From contig OY781066.1 in NCBI GenBank assembly GCA_963676395.1, forward strand, positions 2,112,001 to 2,176,000: a stretch of DNA of 64,000 nucleotides. Reading direction: 5' to 3'. The DNA is from a bacterium (GTDB lineage Bacteria > Fidelibacterota > Fidelibacteria > Fidelibacterales > Fidelibacteraceae). The notes below the pieces were generated by a model. The model did no database searches. It saw only the letters and a program-made list of their open reading frames with translations, and had not been told where the DNA came from. This document shows, piece by piece, positions 49,333 through 59,472 of the stretch; the first letter of the stretch is position 1, and each line of letters starts with the position of its first letter. The position numbers and the translations under genes are program-made.

Positions 49333-50181
49333 TTATAATAGTTTATTTATTGCTGATAATAAGGGCTTTGTTGCTTCTCGACCTGACTTGATCAATTGTA
49401 CAGATTTATCAAAATCAAACCACTTCAATCCCTTTGTATCAGGTTTGATCACTATATCAGCATATCCAAGTGAAAGATCAATAGAGCGATTTACAGTCAT
49501 GGCATTGGTAATCGTATCTACATCCAATGCGTGCCTGATCTTTTCAGGTTTTTCTCTTAAAGATATATCTACCGCAATAATAATATCGGCTCCCATGTCT
49601 TTAAGGGCCTTGGTGGGAACAACATCATGAGCTATGCCATCTACGTATAGGTCACCATCTATTTCAACAGGTTCCATCCACATAGGTAAGCTCATGCTGG
49701 CTTGAACCGCTTTGACTAAATCTCCACCCTTAAATTCAACACCTTTAGCTTGAGTGATATTTCCAGCAATCAATGCTAAGGGAAGTTTTAGGTCTGAAAA
49801 ACGGATGTTCCCAAAGATCTTCTTGAGGAAAGCTTCTGTTTTATCAGCTTTTAGAAATCCCATACGCTTGTGTAAGGCATAATTTACAACAGAGCCTTTT
49901 ATATCCTCAAAGTATGATATCCTTTTGGCACTTTTTGCTATACGATCCAATTGTAAAGATTTATATTCAGGCGATTCCTGGGCTTCAAAAAACAAACGAC
50001 TAATTTCTTTGCTGTCTGCTTTATAGGCGTACAGGGCCGCAATTACAGCTCCAATAGAAGTTCCGGCAAGCATATCAACATGAATACCATATTGCTCTAG
50101 AGTATAAAGTACACCCAAGTGAGAAATGCCTCGGGCACCACCGCCACCCAGTGCAAGACCTACTTTCTTTTTAGAGGACAT
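49333..50181 (-). CDS. Patatin-like phospholipase
   Basis: LGGGGARG, GTSIG nucleophile elbow, ASMSLP, YVDG. Confidence 0.93.
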   Translation of the reverse strand: MSSKKKVGLALGGGGARGISHLGVLYTLEQYGIHVDMLAGTSIGAVIAALYAYKADSKEISRLFFEAQESPEYKSLQLDRIAKSAKRISYFEDIKGSVVNYALHKRMGFLKADKTEAFLKKIFGNIRFSDLKLPLALIAGNITQAKGVEFKGGDLVKAVQASMSLPMWMEPVEIDGDLYVDGIAHDVVPTKALKDMGADIIIAVDISLREKPEKIRHALDVDTITNAMTVNRSIDLSLGYADIVIKPDTKGLKWFDFDKSVQLIKSGREATKPLLSAINKLL

Positions 50182-50182
50182 G

Positions 50183-51142
50183 TTATTCCTTTACGATGCT
50201 GACCCTCATAAAAACCGGTTCAAGGGGATTGTCTGCGCGATCTCGCTGAACATTCGCGATTTTGGCTATGATGGAAGTACCTTCAATGATCTCACCGAAT
50301 ACAGTGTACTGACCATCAAGGAAAGTTGGAGAACCATCACAAATAAAGAACTGAGATCCTGCTGAATTTGGATCTGGAGTTCTTGCCATTGAAACGATAC
50401 CGGTTGTATGTGAGATGTCATTAAACTCAGCATTTATAGTATATCCGGGACCGCCCATACCATCTGTACTGCGGTCTCCGTCGCGGGAATTAATATCACC
50501 ACCCTGGATCATAAAGCCAGGTATAACACGATGGAATTTTACACCATCATAATATCCGCTTTTGGCTAATCGTTTGAAATTCGCACAGTGATTGGGTGCT
50601 TTTTCGGGGAGAAATTTCATTTTCATTACTCCAAAGCGAGTTTCAATAATTGCGACCTCGTTTTTCTCAACAGGTACGGCTTCGGTTGCCGCAAGATTAG
50701 CAAGCACAGTATCAATTTCAACAGGATCGAGTGCGCGGGTTAATTCTTTTAGTTCTTCTTGAGCTTCCGTAAGAAAAGCTTCACCACTATATTTTCCATC
50801 AGGGTATGCTTCAATATAATCTGGAACGGCAAAAATACTTTCTTTTGCACGTTGAAATGCTAATTCTTCGATCTTTTCTTTAGTTTTTTCCACGTATTTA
50901 CCCTCCGGGTATTTTGCTAAATAACGCAAGCAGGAGGCTTCGTCATTTGCGTGTTTATAGTAAATATCCTCCAGTTTGATTGAGGCTTTGTCTTTGTATT
51001 TATCGGAATCTGTTGTTTTAATATACTTAGCTATCTTTCTGGGGTTTTTAGTTTTTATCACTTTTCGATATTCCGTATAGTCTTTGGAACATGAAGCGAG
51101 CAGTAGTATCAGGGTTAAGGCAAGAATGATGTTGCGTTTCAA
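50183..51142 (-). CDS. Cyclophilin-type peptidyl-prolyl isomerase, lipoprotein with N-terminal helical repeats
   Basis: TTG start after GGAG; lipobox LASC; FHRVIPGFMIQGGD, SMAR, SAGSQFFI, YTVFG. Confidence 0.93.
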   Translation of the reverse strand: MKRNIILALTLILLLASCSKDYTEYRKVIKTKNPRKIAKYIKTTDSDKYKDKASIKLEDIYYKHANDEASCLRYLAKYPEGKYVEKTKEKIEELAFQRAKESIFAVPDYIEAYPDGKYSGEAFLTEAQEELKELTRALDPVEIDTVLANLAATEAVPVEKNEVAIIETRFGVMKMKFLPEKAPNHCANFKRLAKSGYYDGVKFHRVIPGFMIQGGDINSRDGDRSTDGMGGPGYTINAEFNDISHTTGIVSMARTPDPNSAGSQFFICDGSPTFLDGQYTVFGEIIEGTSIIAKIANVQRDRADNPLEPVFMRVSIVKE

Positions 51143-51290
51143 GATTATCTCCTTTTCATTCGAATTTATGAGTAAAAATAATGAAAAATAGGCATCTGTC
51201 CTAAATAAAAAAGTGTTAGAAAGTATGTGATATCTTCTTTATGATAAAATTAGACTTTACCGTGTTTATATTTTCGCTAATGATTATGTA

Positions 51291-52076
51291 TTATGCCAAA
51301 ACTATCTTTTCACTGATTACATATTGCTTTGCAAGATTAATTGGAAGATCGATACCATGCTCTTTAAAATACTTTTGGTAAGTTTTAAGTACGATTTTTT
51401 CACTGTTATTGTTCTCACTTAAATGAGCGAGGGTCAGATGTTTTAGTTTGCCTCTACTGATAATCTCAATGGCAGCTTGTGCAGATTGATCATTTGAAAG
51501 GTGTCCAAGATCTGATTTTATTCTTTGTTTGATCTTTTCGGGATAATTCGGATTCATCTTTAGCATAAGCAGATCGTGATTGGCTTCTAAAACCAGAGCG
51601 TCCACTTTTTTCATATTTACTGCGACCAATTTGTTCATTTTCCCTATGTCCGTAACAATGGCAGCAGTATGAATACCGTCTTCTACAGAAAAACAAACTG
51701 GCTCGACAGTATCATGAGTTACCAACATCGGGTGAATATTCAGATCCAGAAGATCAAAGGCCTTGCCGGTCTCAAAAAAACGGATGTCATTGATCTCGTC
51801 CAATTTATATTTTTCTCTCGCCGATTTGTAACAGGCTTCATTCATATATACCGGAATATTATAGCGCTTTGCAAATACCCTTACTCCACCGATATGATCA
51901 CCGTGTTCGTGAGTTATACAAAGAGCAGAGATATCATCAGGATTATAATCGGCATTTTCTAGCCTTAGGGCTAATTGTTTAGCCGAGAGTCCTGCATCAA
52001 TCAGGATTTTTGTTGATGCACTTTCAATAAGATAGGAATTACCTTTTGAGCCGCTGGCAAGGGGAGTGATGATCAT
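51291..52076 (-). CDS. MBL-fold metallo-hydrolase (YycJ/WalJ-like)
   Basis: LASGSKGN, THEHGDH, HD, LEANHD, GHLSN, HLSENNN. Confidence 0.9.
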   Translation of the reverse strand: MIITPLASGSKGNSYLIESASTKILIDAGLSAKQLALRLENADYNPDDISALCITHEHGDHIGGVRVFAKRYNIPVYMNEACYKSAREKYKLDEINDIRFFETGKAFDLLDLNIHPMLVTHDTVEPVCFSVEDGIHTAAIVTDIGKMNKLVAVNMKKVDALVLEANHDLLMLKMNPNYPEKIKQRIKSDLGHLSNDQSAQAAIEIISRGKLKHLTLAHLSENNNSEKIVLKTYQKYFKEHGIDLPINLAKQYVISEKIVLA

Positions 52077-52103
52077 GATTTGTTTTTATCCTTATTAGAG
52101 AAA

Positions 52104-52133
52104 TGTAGAGAAATCAAATTTTGGGTCTCTACA
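52104..52133. repeat. GTAG-family REP
   Basis: tgtagaga-aatcaaattttggg-tctctaca. Confidence 0.7.
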
Positions 52134-52142
52134 AGGCCATTA

Positions 52143-52862
52143 TTATTTAGAGCTTTCATTAATAAACATTTTAAACAGTTTATTTCTTTGTTCATTATCC
52201 AGTTTTTCAGGATGAAATTGTGTTCCCATTACCCATTGGTCTGAAACGAATTCAATGCATTCCACGATGGAATCGCGAGACATGGCTGTAATTTTAAATT
52301 TATCGCTGAGATATGCGGGATCTACACATTGGTGATGCCATGAGTTGACCATTAAGCTATCACCGAATAGATCATGTAATCTTGAGTTTTTCTTGATATC
52401 GATCATATGCTCTACACCGCGATGATTGGGAATGTCTCTAAATAGTTTACCTCCGGTTGCTATATTCATCAACTGCTCTCCCGCGCAGATACCCAACATT
52501 GGTTTACCGCTGGCGAAGGCCAAATGTATATAAAGTGAATCAAAGGATGCGCGGTGTTCATGCATAACGGTCATGGTCGGATGCATATCTTTTCCATACC
52601 AATGCGGAAAATAATCTCTACCGCCAATGAAAATAAATGCATCAGCATCCTTGAATTCTTCCAATAAAAGGTCTTTGTCATCGGTGCAGGGTATAAGTCT
52701 GACTCGACCACCATTTTCGCGAATGGCATCGATATAGGATTTGTTAATATAGTACTTCCCGTTCCAATATGAACTACCGATCGCGATGACAGGGTCGGTA
52801 TTCGCGGAGCAGGAAAAGAGAGTGATGATTGCGATTAACAGTGATAAAGATCTGATATTCAT
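52143..52862 (-). CDS. Peptidase C26 / gamma-glutamyl hydrolase-like glutamine amidotransferase, with lipobox
   Basis: GGRD, LGICAGEQ, VNSWHHQ, QFHPE; N-terminal LFSC. Confidence 0.88.
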   Translation of the reverse strand: MNIRSLSLLIAIITLFSCSANTDPVIAIGSSYWNGKYYINKSYIDAIRENGGRVRLIPCTDDKDLLLEEFKDADAFIFIGGRDYFPHWYGKDMHPTMTVMHEHRASFDSLYIHLAFASGKPMLGICAGEQLMNIATGGKLFRDIPNHRGVEHMIDIKKNSRLHDLFGDSLMVNSWHHQCVDPAYLSDKFKITAMSRDSIVECIEFVSDQWVMGTQFHPEKLDNEQRNKLFKMFINESSK

Positions 52863-52975
52863 GTGATTATCTATTGTTCCTTTTTGTTTGATTTAATGGG
52901 TATTCCCTTTTTATATCATGTAATTAAAATAAAAAAAATATACGATTATCACATTACTTTCTTTATTTTTAAGTC

Positions 52976-54538
52976 ATGGCACGCACATTATGCATACATA
53001 ACGGCCGAATATACGGTCGTCAGGGACTTCAGGACGATACCTCTATCGTTATAGAAAACGGTATTATCAAGTATATTGGTGATGAGCGTGGTATTCAACA
53101 ATATATGCAAGGTGATGTTGAACTTATCAATGCCGACGAACATATTATTTTCCCCGGCTTTATTGATACTCATTTACACCTGAGTGAATGGGCACGTCAA
53201 CATGATTATTTATCGCTTGGTGGATTTACTTCATTGTTTGAAGTTGTAGAGTTTGTTGAAGAACAGGCAAAAGGAAAGAGCTGGATCTTTGGAGGAGGAT
53301 GGAATCAAAACAACTGGAAGGAAGGTACCATGCCTCATCGGGCAGACCTAAGAAGATTGGCTCGAGGTACCAAGGCCATTTTTTATTCAAAGGATCTTCA
53401 TTCTGCATGGGTTAATGAGTCTGTTATTGATCTTTTCCCTTTTAAAGATGTTATGAATATGCTACGCAAAGGTTATGTTAATCGGGATGAAGATGGTCGC
53501 TTAGATGGCATTATCCGTGAAGAGGCCATGGAAGTCTTACTTGACCCTATCATGAAGCAGCATCCTGCACCTATTTTTGCCGATCCTTATAAATATTTTA
53601 AAGAGTTTTATAAGCATGGTATTACATCTGTTCATACCATGGAGAATTTGGAGAATTATAAAAAATATTTAGCTTTGTATCAGTATGAGCTAAATCGTGG
53701 TCTTAGGATAGGTGTTTATATCTATAATTCCGATAGCGCCAAAGTTTACGAACAGGATCTGAAGTTCGGAAGCGGAGGAGATTGGTTAAGATTTTACGGT
53801 ATCAAGTGTTTTGTAGATGGTGCTTTAGGCTCTCAGACAGCTTGGATGCGTGATCTTTATGAAAATAGCGATCACTTTGGTAAAAAGGTATTACATGATT
53901 TTCCCCTACAGCAAGCCATTGCTCGTGCCGAAGCCAATTCTTGTGCTTTAAGTATTCACGCCATCGGTGATGCCGCTGTTGAACATGTTCTTGACACTTT
54001 AGATTTTCTTGGCAGGCCTTTGAGGGTACCTGTGAGAATAGAGCACGCTCAATGTGTTGACGCCATGCTAATAGAGAGAATAAAATCCAAGAATATAATG
54101 CTGTCAGTGAATCCATCTCATCTTATCGAAGATAAAGAAGTTGCGGAATTGCATTGGGGTAAAAGATCTCGATATGCTTTTGCCTATAGATCTATGAAAA
54201 TGGCAGAATTGCCTTTTGCTTTCGGTTCGGATGCTCCGGTTGAGGATATTAATCCTTGGAAAGGCATTTATGCTGCAGTGCATCGAATTGGGGCCAATGA
54301 TTCGCAACCTTGGTATCCCGAAGAGATCATTCGTTTGACTGATGCCATTCACGCCAGTACCTTTTATGGAGGTGTGATCAATGGTAGAAATGAGAAAAAG
54401 GGAGTTTTAGCTCCGGGGTATTTGGGCGACCTCTTTATATGTTCTCATGATGTATTTGAAGATGGGTTGGACGATTGGGAAGATTTTCATTCTCTGCTAA
54501 CTGTAATTGGCGGTAACGTCGTTCATAAAGAATTATAA
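52976..54538 (+). CDS. Amidohydrolase (YtcJ-like, Amidohydro_3)
   Basis: PGFIDTHLH, K.FVDGALGS.TA, HAIGD, RIEHAQ, GSDAPV. Confidence 0.9.
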   Translation: MARTLCIHNGRIYGRQGLQDDTSIVIENGIIKYIGDERGIQQYMQGDVELINADEHIIFPGFIDTHLHLSEWARQHDYLSLGGFTSLFEVVEFVEEQAKGKSWIFGGGWNQNNWKEGTMPHRADLRRLARGTKAIFYSKDLHSAWVNESVIDLFPFKDVMNMLRKGYVNRDEDGRLDGIIREEAMEVLLDPIMKQHPAPIFADPYKYFKEFYKHGITSVHTMENLENYKKYLALYQYELNRGLRIGVYIYNSDSAKVYEQDLKFGSGGDWLRFYGIKCFVDGALGSQTAWMRDLYENSDHFGKKVLHDFPLQQAIARAEANSCALSIHAIGDAAVEHVLDTLDFLGRPLRVPVRIEHAQCVDAMLIERIKSKNIMLSVNPSHLIEDKEVAELHWGKRSRYAFAYRSMKMAELPFAFGSDAPVEDINPWKGIYAAVHRIGANDSQPWYPEEIIRLTDAIHASTFYGGVINGRNEKKGVLAPGYLGDLFICSHDVFEDGLDDWEDFHSLLTVIGGNVVHKEL

Positions 54539-54543
54539 TATCC

Positions 54544-55248
54544 ATGAAAGATTATTTAAAGCATAGTTCATCATTTCTCTTTGGTGTGATCATTTCTATT
54601 CCCTTGGCTATTTACTATGAAATCTCCATGATCATGATCAATAAAGGATATGAAATTGAGGCAAGAAATGCTGCAGATGCTCTTTTTCGGAGAATATTTC
54701 AGGGCTTAGGGTATGAGGGACCGCTTGCCGGGATCGTGCTCTTTGCATTTTTGTTCATTTTTGCGGCCATCGCACAAGGAGCTCATAAAGATAAAAAAGG
54801 CATCAAGATCAAGTGGTTATATTATCCAGTTGTGATAGCAGAGAGCTTGCTTTATGCGATGATATTATTTGCGATTATGTCTATTGCAATGAATGCTATT
54901 GCGCCGGCAATGGCACTTTCTTTGGTTGATATAGGTTATAGTTTAGGTGCCGGTGTATATGAAGAGATATTATTCAGAGCTTTTTTATTGAGTGCTTTAC
55001 TATATATTGCCAATAAGATTCCCGGAGAGAAACATGTAAACAAGATCGCCGCTGTTCTTATAAGTGCTCTTATTTTTTCAGCAGCTCACTATATCGGAGC
55101 AGGCGCTTATGAATTTCTATGGTCTACATTTATAATCAGAACTTTGGGTGGATTATTGCTGGGTTTTGTATTTATGTTGCGAGGGCTTGGACCGGCCGTT
55201 TATACACATGCAATTTATGATGTGCTGGTGTATACACTTATAAAATAG
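54544..55248 (+). CDS. CPBP/Abi family intramembrane glutamic endopeptidase
   Basis: EEILFR, FSAAH, HAIYD motifs. Confidence 0.88.
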   Translation: MKDYLKHSSSFLFGVIISIPLAIYYEISMIMINKGYEIEARNAADALFRRIFQGLGYEGPLAGIVLFAFLFIFAAIAQGAHKDKKGIKIKWLYYPVVIAESLLYAMILFAIMSIAMNAIAPAMALSLVDIGYSLGAGVYEEILFRAFLLSALLYIANKIPGEKHVNKIAAVLISALIFSAAHYIGAGAYEFLWSTFIIRTLGGLLLGFVFMLRGLGPAVYTHAIYDVLVYTLIK

Positions 55249-55307
55249 TAATTGTTGTTCCCGAAGTATTGTAGTGAATCACTACTACTCAATTAAAAAG
55301 GATAAAT

Positions 55308-56033
55308 ATGAAAAAACTATTACTCATCCTATGCATTATCGTTCCTCTTATGGCACAAAACCTCCAGGTTCACTACCAGCTTCGTGAAGACAAACAGCAT
55401 ATATCAACGACTTTGGAACAATTTACAGGTGATAAACTGGGCTTAACATACTGGTTTATCTCAGCTGATTATAAGGATATTCAAACCAATGAGCATCTAT
55501 TGAGAGGGAATATGACATCGATTTATGGCGAGTTTTATCGATTTTTTAATATCCCAAAGCTCTCCGGATTGATGGCAGGTATTCAATATGCCGATGGATT
55601 TATGATTTATCCGGAAATTGTGGAAGCTATACCGGATATTGATGGTATGTCTTTTGGGCGTTATTGGATGTTGGGGTTGGCGTATAATGTGCCGATTGGC
55701 AATATGTATGTTTTGACCAGTATCTGGGCAAAGAAAAAGCAAGGTTATAATTACGATTGGCAATTGACCTTGGCTTGGGGACATAATTTTTGGCAAGATC
55801 GTTTGACTTTTAACGGCTATTTTGATCTTTGGGGAGAAAGAAGATCAGTTGATGTAAATAATTCTTCATCGATAAATCCATATAAAGTCGTTTTATTGAC
55901 TGAACCACAGCTGTATTATAATTTTAATCCGCATCTGGCAATAGGAGCTAAAGCTCAGGTATCCTGTAATTTTGAATTTGGGCAGGATGGCTTAAGATTT
56001 GCACCGACCATTGCGGCTCGCTGGAATTTTTAA
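55308..56033 (+). CDS. DUF5020 family outer-membrane protein (Tsx-like)
   Basis: AQNLQVHY, TTLEQF..DKLG.TYWF, LLTEPQ, terminal WNF. Confidence 0.8.
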   Translation: MKKLLLILCIIVPLMAQNLQVHYQLREDKQHISTTLEQFTGDKLGLTYWFISADYKDIQTNEHLLRGNMTSIYGEFYRFFNIPKLSGLMAGIQYADGFMIYPEIVEAIPDIDGMSFGRYWMLGLAYNVPIGNMYVLTSIWAKKKQGYNYDWQLTLAWGHNFWQDRLTFNGYFDLWGERRSVDVNNSSSINPYKVVLLTEPQLYYNFNPHLAIGAKAQVSCNFEFGQDGLRFAPTIAARWNF

Positions 56034-56084
56034 TACAGGATTTGTAACCGGTAAACTATAGTTCTCAGTATCCGATACTCGTTC

Positions 56085-57563
56085 TTATATATCCAATGGT
56101 TTAACCATTAAATCTTTTTCGTAAGCAAAATGCACTTTGCCGGGTGGCATGCCTTTGCGTTTTGTGACATATTTTCGATCGGTACATACAATTGTCACAA
56201 GAGATGAGTGCTTTTCATCACTGTATCTGGCGGCCAAAGCTGCCGCGTATTCAACGATATGCTTTGGAATGTCCTTGCGTCCGTCTTTCTTAATAATGAC
56301 GTGTGAGCCCGTGCTATGGCGTGTGTGGAGCCATACATCAGTCTTGTGAGCATGGTGAAACGTAAGGTCATCATTATCACGTGCCGATCGTCCTACCCAA
56401 ATACGCCAATCTTCTTTTAGATATTCTTTGTAGGGGCGCCGTTCGTCATTTTTACTCGATATTCTCACCGCTCTTTTTAACATTTCCGCATGCTGTTTTT
56501 GAAAATCTCTCAGGGGACGAATATCCTTGATCCCGATCAATTCTTTGTAGAGTTTTTCCCATTTTGCATACTCGGAAGTTAAATCCATATGCCGTTGTTT
56601 ATCCTCAAGAATTCGGTTTTCGCTAGAGCGTGCTTTCTTGTAAAAAGCATCAATGTTGTCTGCTAGTGTCATTTCTTTTTTAAGCGGGATATGTGTAGGG
56701 AAATTCTCCTGTTGATACATTTCCGGAATTTCAAAACTTTCGCTGTGATCTTTAAGCATATATCTACAGGATGATAGTATCGATGCAAAGTATCGGAATT
56801 TTTCCGCCCGTTTTGCAACACGGCCATCGTCTTTAGTATGTCTGATATGCTTTTGTAAATCATTTAGTTTATCCGAAATACGCTTTTCTAAGGATTTATA
56901 TTCACTATCAAAATGATCTTCTTTAAGATCCAATATCACATAATTTCTATAATTTCTGTAGAATGCTTCAGGCTCGTACTTTTCCGGGGTGTGGGTAAGA
57001 ACAAAGCGGTTTCCAAGAATATTCCCATTTGAATTATTCATGATCTCGAGCAGGGAAGGGTAGTCGGTGACATTAAAAATATCAAAAGCATTCTTGCGCC
57101 AAAAAGAAGAAAAGCGGGGATCGTCCTCGAAAGAATTGTATTCAAGCATTTTATCAGTAAACGGAATTTCAACAGCGATCTTTTTCTTGAAAAGCTCTAG
57201 GGATTCGCCATTATCGTAAGCAATGTTGCCTCGATTGGATAAAAATGTAATGTAGAGCAGCGATCCATTCTTGAAATGAAAACGCATAATGCGCTCACCG
57301 GGGATCATATCTATAAGATCAACAATTGCACCTTCCAGTGCAGGAAAGATACGTATGCTGGATTTGTTGACTTTTAAAACCTGAGATGACTGCAAAATGT
57401 ACTGGAAGGGTTGCCCTAAATGCACTTTAAGCGATGGTTTATCTCTAAATTGCAAGTAAAGCTCATTTTTTTCGAAGGTCATACATTTATCAAGAATGGC
57501 CGAAGCATATTCTTGTTTAAAATAATCTGCGCATTTGTTGAGAGTAAACCAATTTGTAATCAT
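56085..57563 (-). CDS. NFACT/RqcH (Rqc2, FbpA) family ribosome quality-control protein, divergent
   Basis: C-terminal NFACT-R: VGRSARDNDDLT, WLHTRHSTGSHV, AALAARYS, KYVTKRKGMPPG. Confidence 0.82.
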   Translation of the reverse strand: MITNWFTLNKCADYFKQEYASAILDKCMTFEKNELYLQFRDKPSLKVHLGQPFQYILQSSQVLKVNKSSIRIFPALEGAIVDLIDMIPGERIMRFHFKNGSLLYITFLSNRGNIAYDNGESLELFKKKIAVEIPFTDKMLEYNSFEDDPRFSSFWRKNAFDIFNVTDYPSLLEIMNNSNGNILGNRFVLTHTPEKYEPEAFYRNYRNYVILDLKEDHFDSEYKSLEKRISDKLNDLQKHIRHTKDDGRVAKRAEKFRYFASILSSCRYMLKDHSESFEIPEMYQQENFPTHIPLKKEMTLADNIDAFYKKARSSENRILEDKQRHMDLTSEYAKWEKLYKELIGIKDIRPLRDFQKQHAEMLKRAVRISSKNDERRPYKEYLKEDWRIWVGRSARDNDDLTFHHAHKTDVWLHTRHSTGSHVIIKKDGRKDIPKHIVEYAAALAARYSDEKHSSLVTIVCTDRKYVTKRKGMPPGKVHFAYEKDLMVKPLDI

Positions 57564-58004
57564 GTGGGAAATTAAAGAGACAATAAGCAATAACCAAGCA
57601 ACAAGTTAGATGTATGACTATTTTGAGCAATGATTTATGCTTTTGTCGATTTAGCAATATATACTGATTGTAATTATATTTTCTAGTTATTAATTACCAC
57701 AAACCAATCCCCGCCAGCTGGATTTTTCCGCAACCTGACTATATAATTGATCCATCATCATTGATAAAACGTGGGCAATTGAGCTCCTGATTTTCTTGAT
57801 TAAGATATTTGAACACATAAAGACACTGTTCCCGGATAACTATATGATGATCATCCTAATGAAGCTAAAATCTGTTATTGATTTACCTGTGTCAATGATA
57901 GTCTCTTTGAAGTATGAGAGTGGATTGCTAAGATAATTAATTTACATGCACTATACTCTTTTCTTATTCTATGAAATATTACGAAAATCTTGTATATTCT
58001 GAAC

Positions 58005-58751
58005 ATGTTTATCAAAGATGCACAACTCCCACATTTCAGCTACCAAAGATCACTAAACGGTAATCCGGATAAGAAAGAAGGCTCTTTGTCGAAAATCGGA
58101 GTTGACCTTGACCTTCATCTTAACCCTAAGCAGATTTACTTGCTTCTCGGTGATTCTGGCTCGGGCAAAAGCACTTTAATGCGCTGTATAGCAGGATTTA
58201 ATGAATTAAAATCGGGGGAGATCGAACTTCAGGGTAAACAAGTGGCCATGCTATTGCAAAACCCTTTTCATCAAATAGTTATGCAAACGGCATATGATGA
58301 ATTGTATTTTCCTCAGAAAAATGCAGGGGTCAATAAGGAAAAAGCAGAAGCAGAGATCTTAAAGATTTCCAAGATGCTGGATATAAGTTCTTTACTTAAT
58401 CGAAATATTTCAACATTATCTTTTGGTGAAACACAATTACTCATGATCGCAACGACAGTGTTAACACCGGCAGATATATATCTTTTTGATGAGCCGACAT
58501 CCCATTTGGATCCACCTGCGATAAAACGATTTTACGCCTGCTTAAGCTTTCTTGCTAAAAAAGGGAAAACGATATTGGTATCAACCCAGAATACAGATGA
58601 ATATACCTTTGCTGATCGCATATTGTTTCTTGAGAATGGGAAATTAAATGCCGACTATACGAAGGACGAGATGCGGGGGTATGTGCAAAGCGGGAAAATC
58701 AAGACCGATGTTCAAATGATCAAAGCCAAATTGAAGGGCCTAAAGAAATGA
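58005..58751 (+). CDS. ABC ATPase, EcfA/CbiO-like, degenerate
   Basis: GDSGSGKS, LLQNP, LSFGE, YLFDEP; H-loop reads STQ. Confidence 0.8.
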   Translation: MFIKDAQLPHFSYQRSLNGNPDKKEGSLSKIGVDLDLHLNPKQIYLLLGDSGSGKSTLMRCIAGFNELKSGEIELQGKQVAMLLQNPFHQIVMQTAYDELYFPQKNAGVNKEKAEAEILKISKMLDISSLLNRNISTLSFGETQLLMIATTVLTPADIYLFDEPTSHLDPPAIKRFYACLSFLAKKGKTILVSTQNTDEYTFADRILFLENGKLNADYTKDEMRGYVQSGKIKTDVQMIKAKLKGLKK

Positions 58752-59461
58752 AACTCCTTCCATTTAGGTATAAGATAAGCGATGAGCTTTATTTACGGAA
58801 CGATTTCAAGCTCGATTTCGATCATGATTTTAAAAATACGAGGGTTAGAGAAGCACACAAAGATAAGCATCACTCATGTTTGGCAATACTGGGTGCTGTA
58901 GGCTCGGGAAAATCCCTGTTGATCAAATTATTGGCCGATTCTCAAATGCATGAAGTGGGAGCATGGTCTGAAACGCCATTTTGTGCCTATTTATCTCAAG
59001 ATCTCACGCGTTTGTTTACCGGGAACAGTATTGAAAGTATTCTTGAAATATATCAAGATAAACGCTATTCGGTTGGTCGACATTTTGATAAAACTTTGTT
59101 TGATGATTATGCTCAAAGATTAAAAATAGATCATCTTATCCGGGCAAATCGCAGGTTAATGCATTATTCCGAAGGTGAAAGACAACGCTTGGGAATATGT
59201 TTATCGGCTGCTGTGCGTGCAAAAATCACAATTCTTGATGAACCGACGACGGCATTGAATATTGAACATAGACTTGAATTGTTTGAGATGATCAAAGAAA
59301 TGAAAACCCGGACCCAAGTCATACTTATATCGCATCGTTTATTAGATTGTATTTCTGTGGCAGATCATTTTGTTCGTATGGAAAATTTGCAAGTTGCCGA
59401 GCATTTTCCACTTGAACAAATAGTTGATAAAGAAGATATTTTAGAGTATTATTTAGGCTAA
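58748..59461 (+). CDS. ABC ATPase, divergent
   Basis: GAVGSGKS, LSQD, YSEGERQR, ILDEPT, ISH; ATGA overlap with the upstream gene. Confidence 0.78.
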   Translation: MKLLPFRYKISDELYLRNDFKLDFDHDFKNTRVREAHKDKHHSCLAILGAVGSGKSLLIKLLADSQMHEVGAWSETPFCAYLSQDLTRLFTGNSIESILEIYQDKRYSVGRHFDKTLFDDYAQRLKIDHLIRANRRLMHYSEGERQRLGICLSAAVRAKITILDEPTTALNIEHRLELFEMIKEMKTRTQVILISHRLLDCISVADHFVRMENLQVAEHFPLEQIVDKEDILEYYLG

Positions 59462-59472
59462 ATGAGGCTGAT

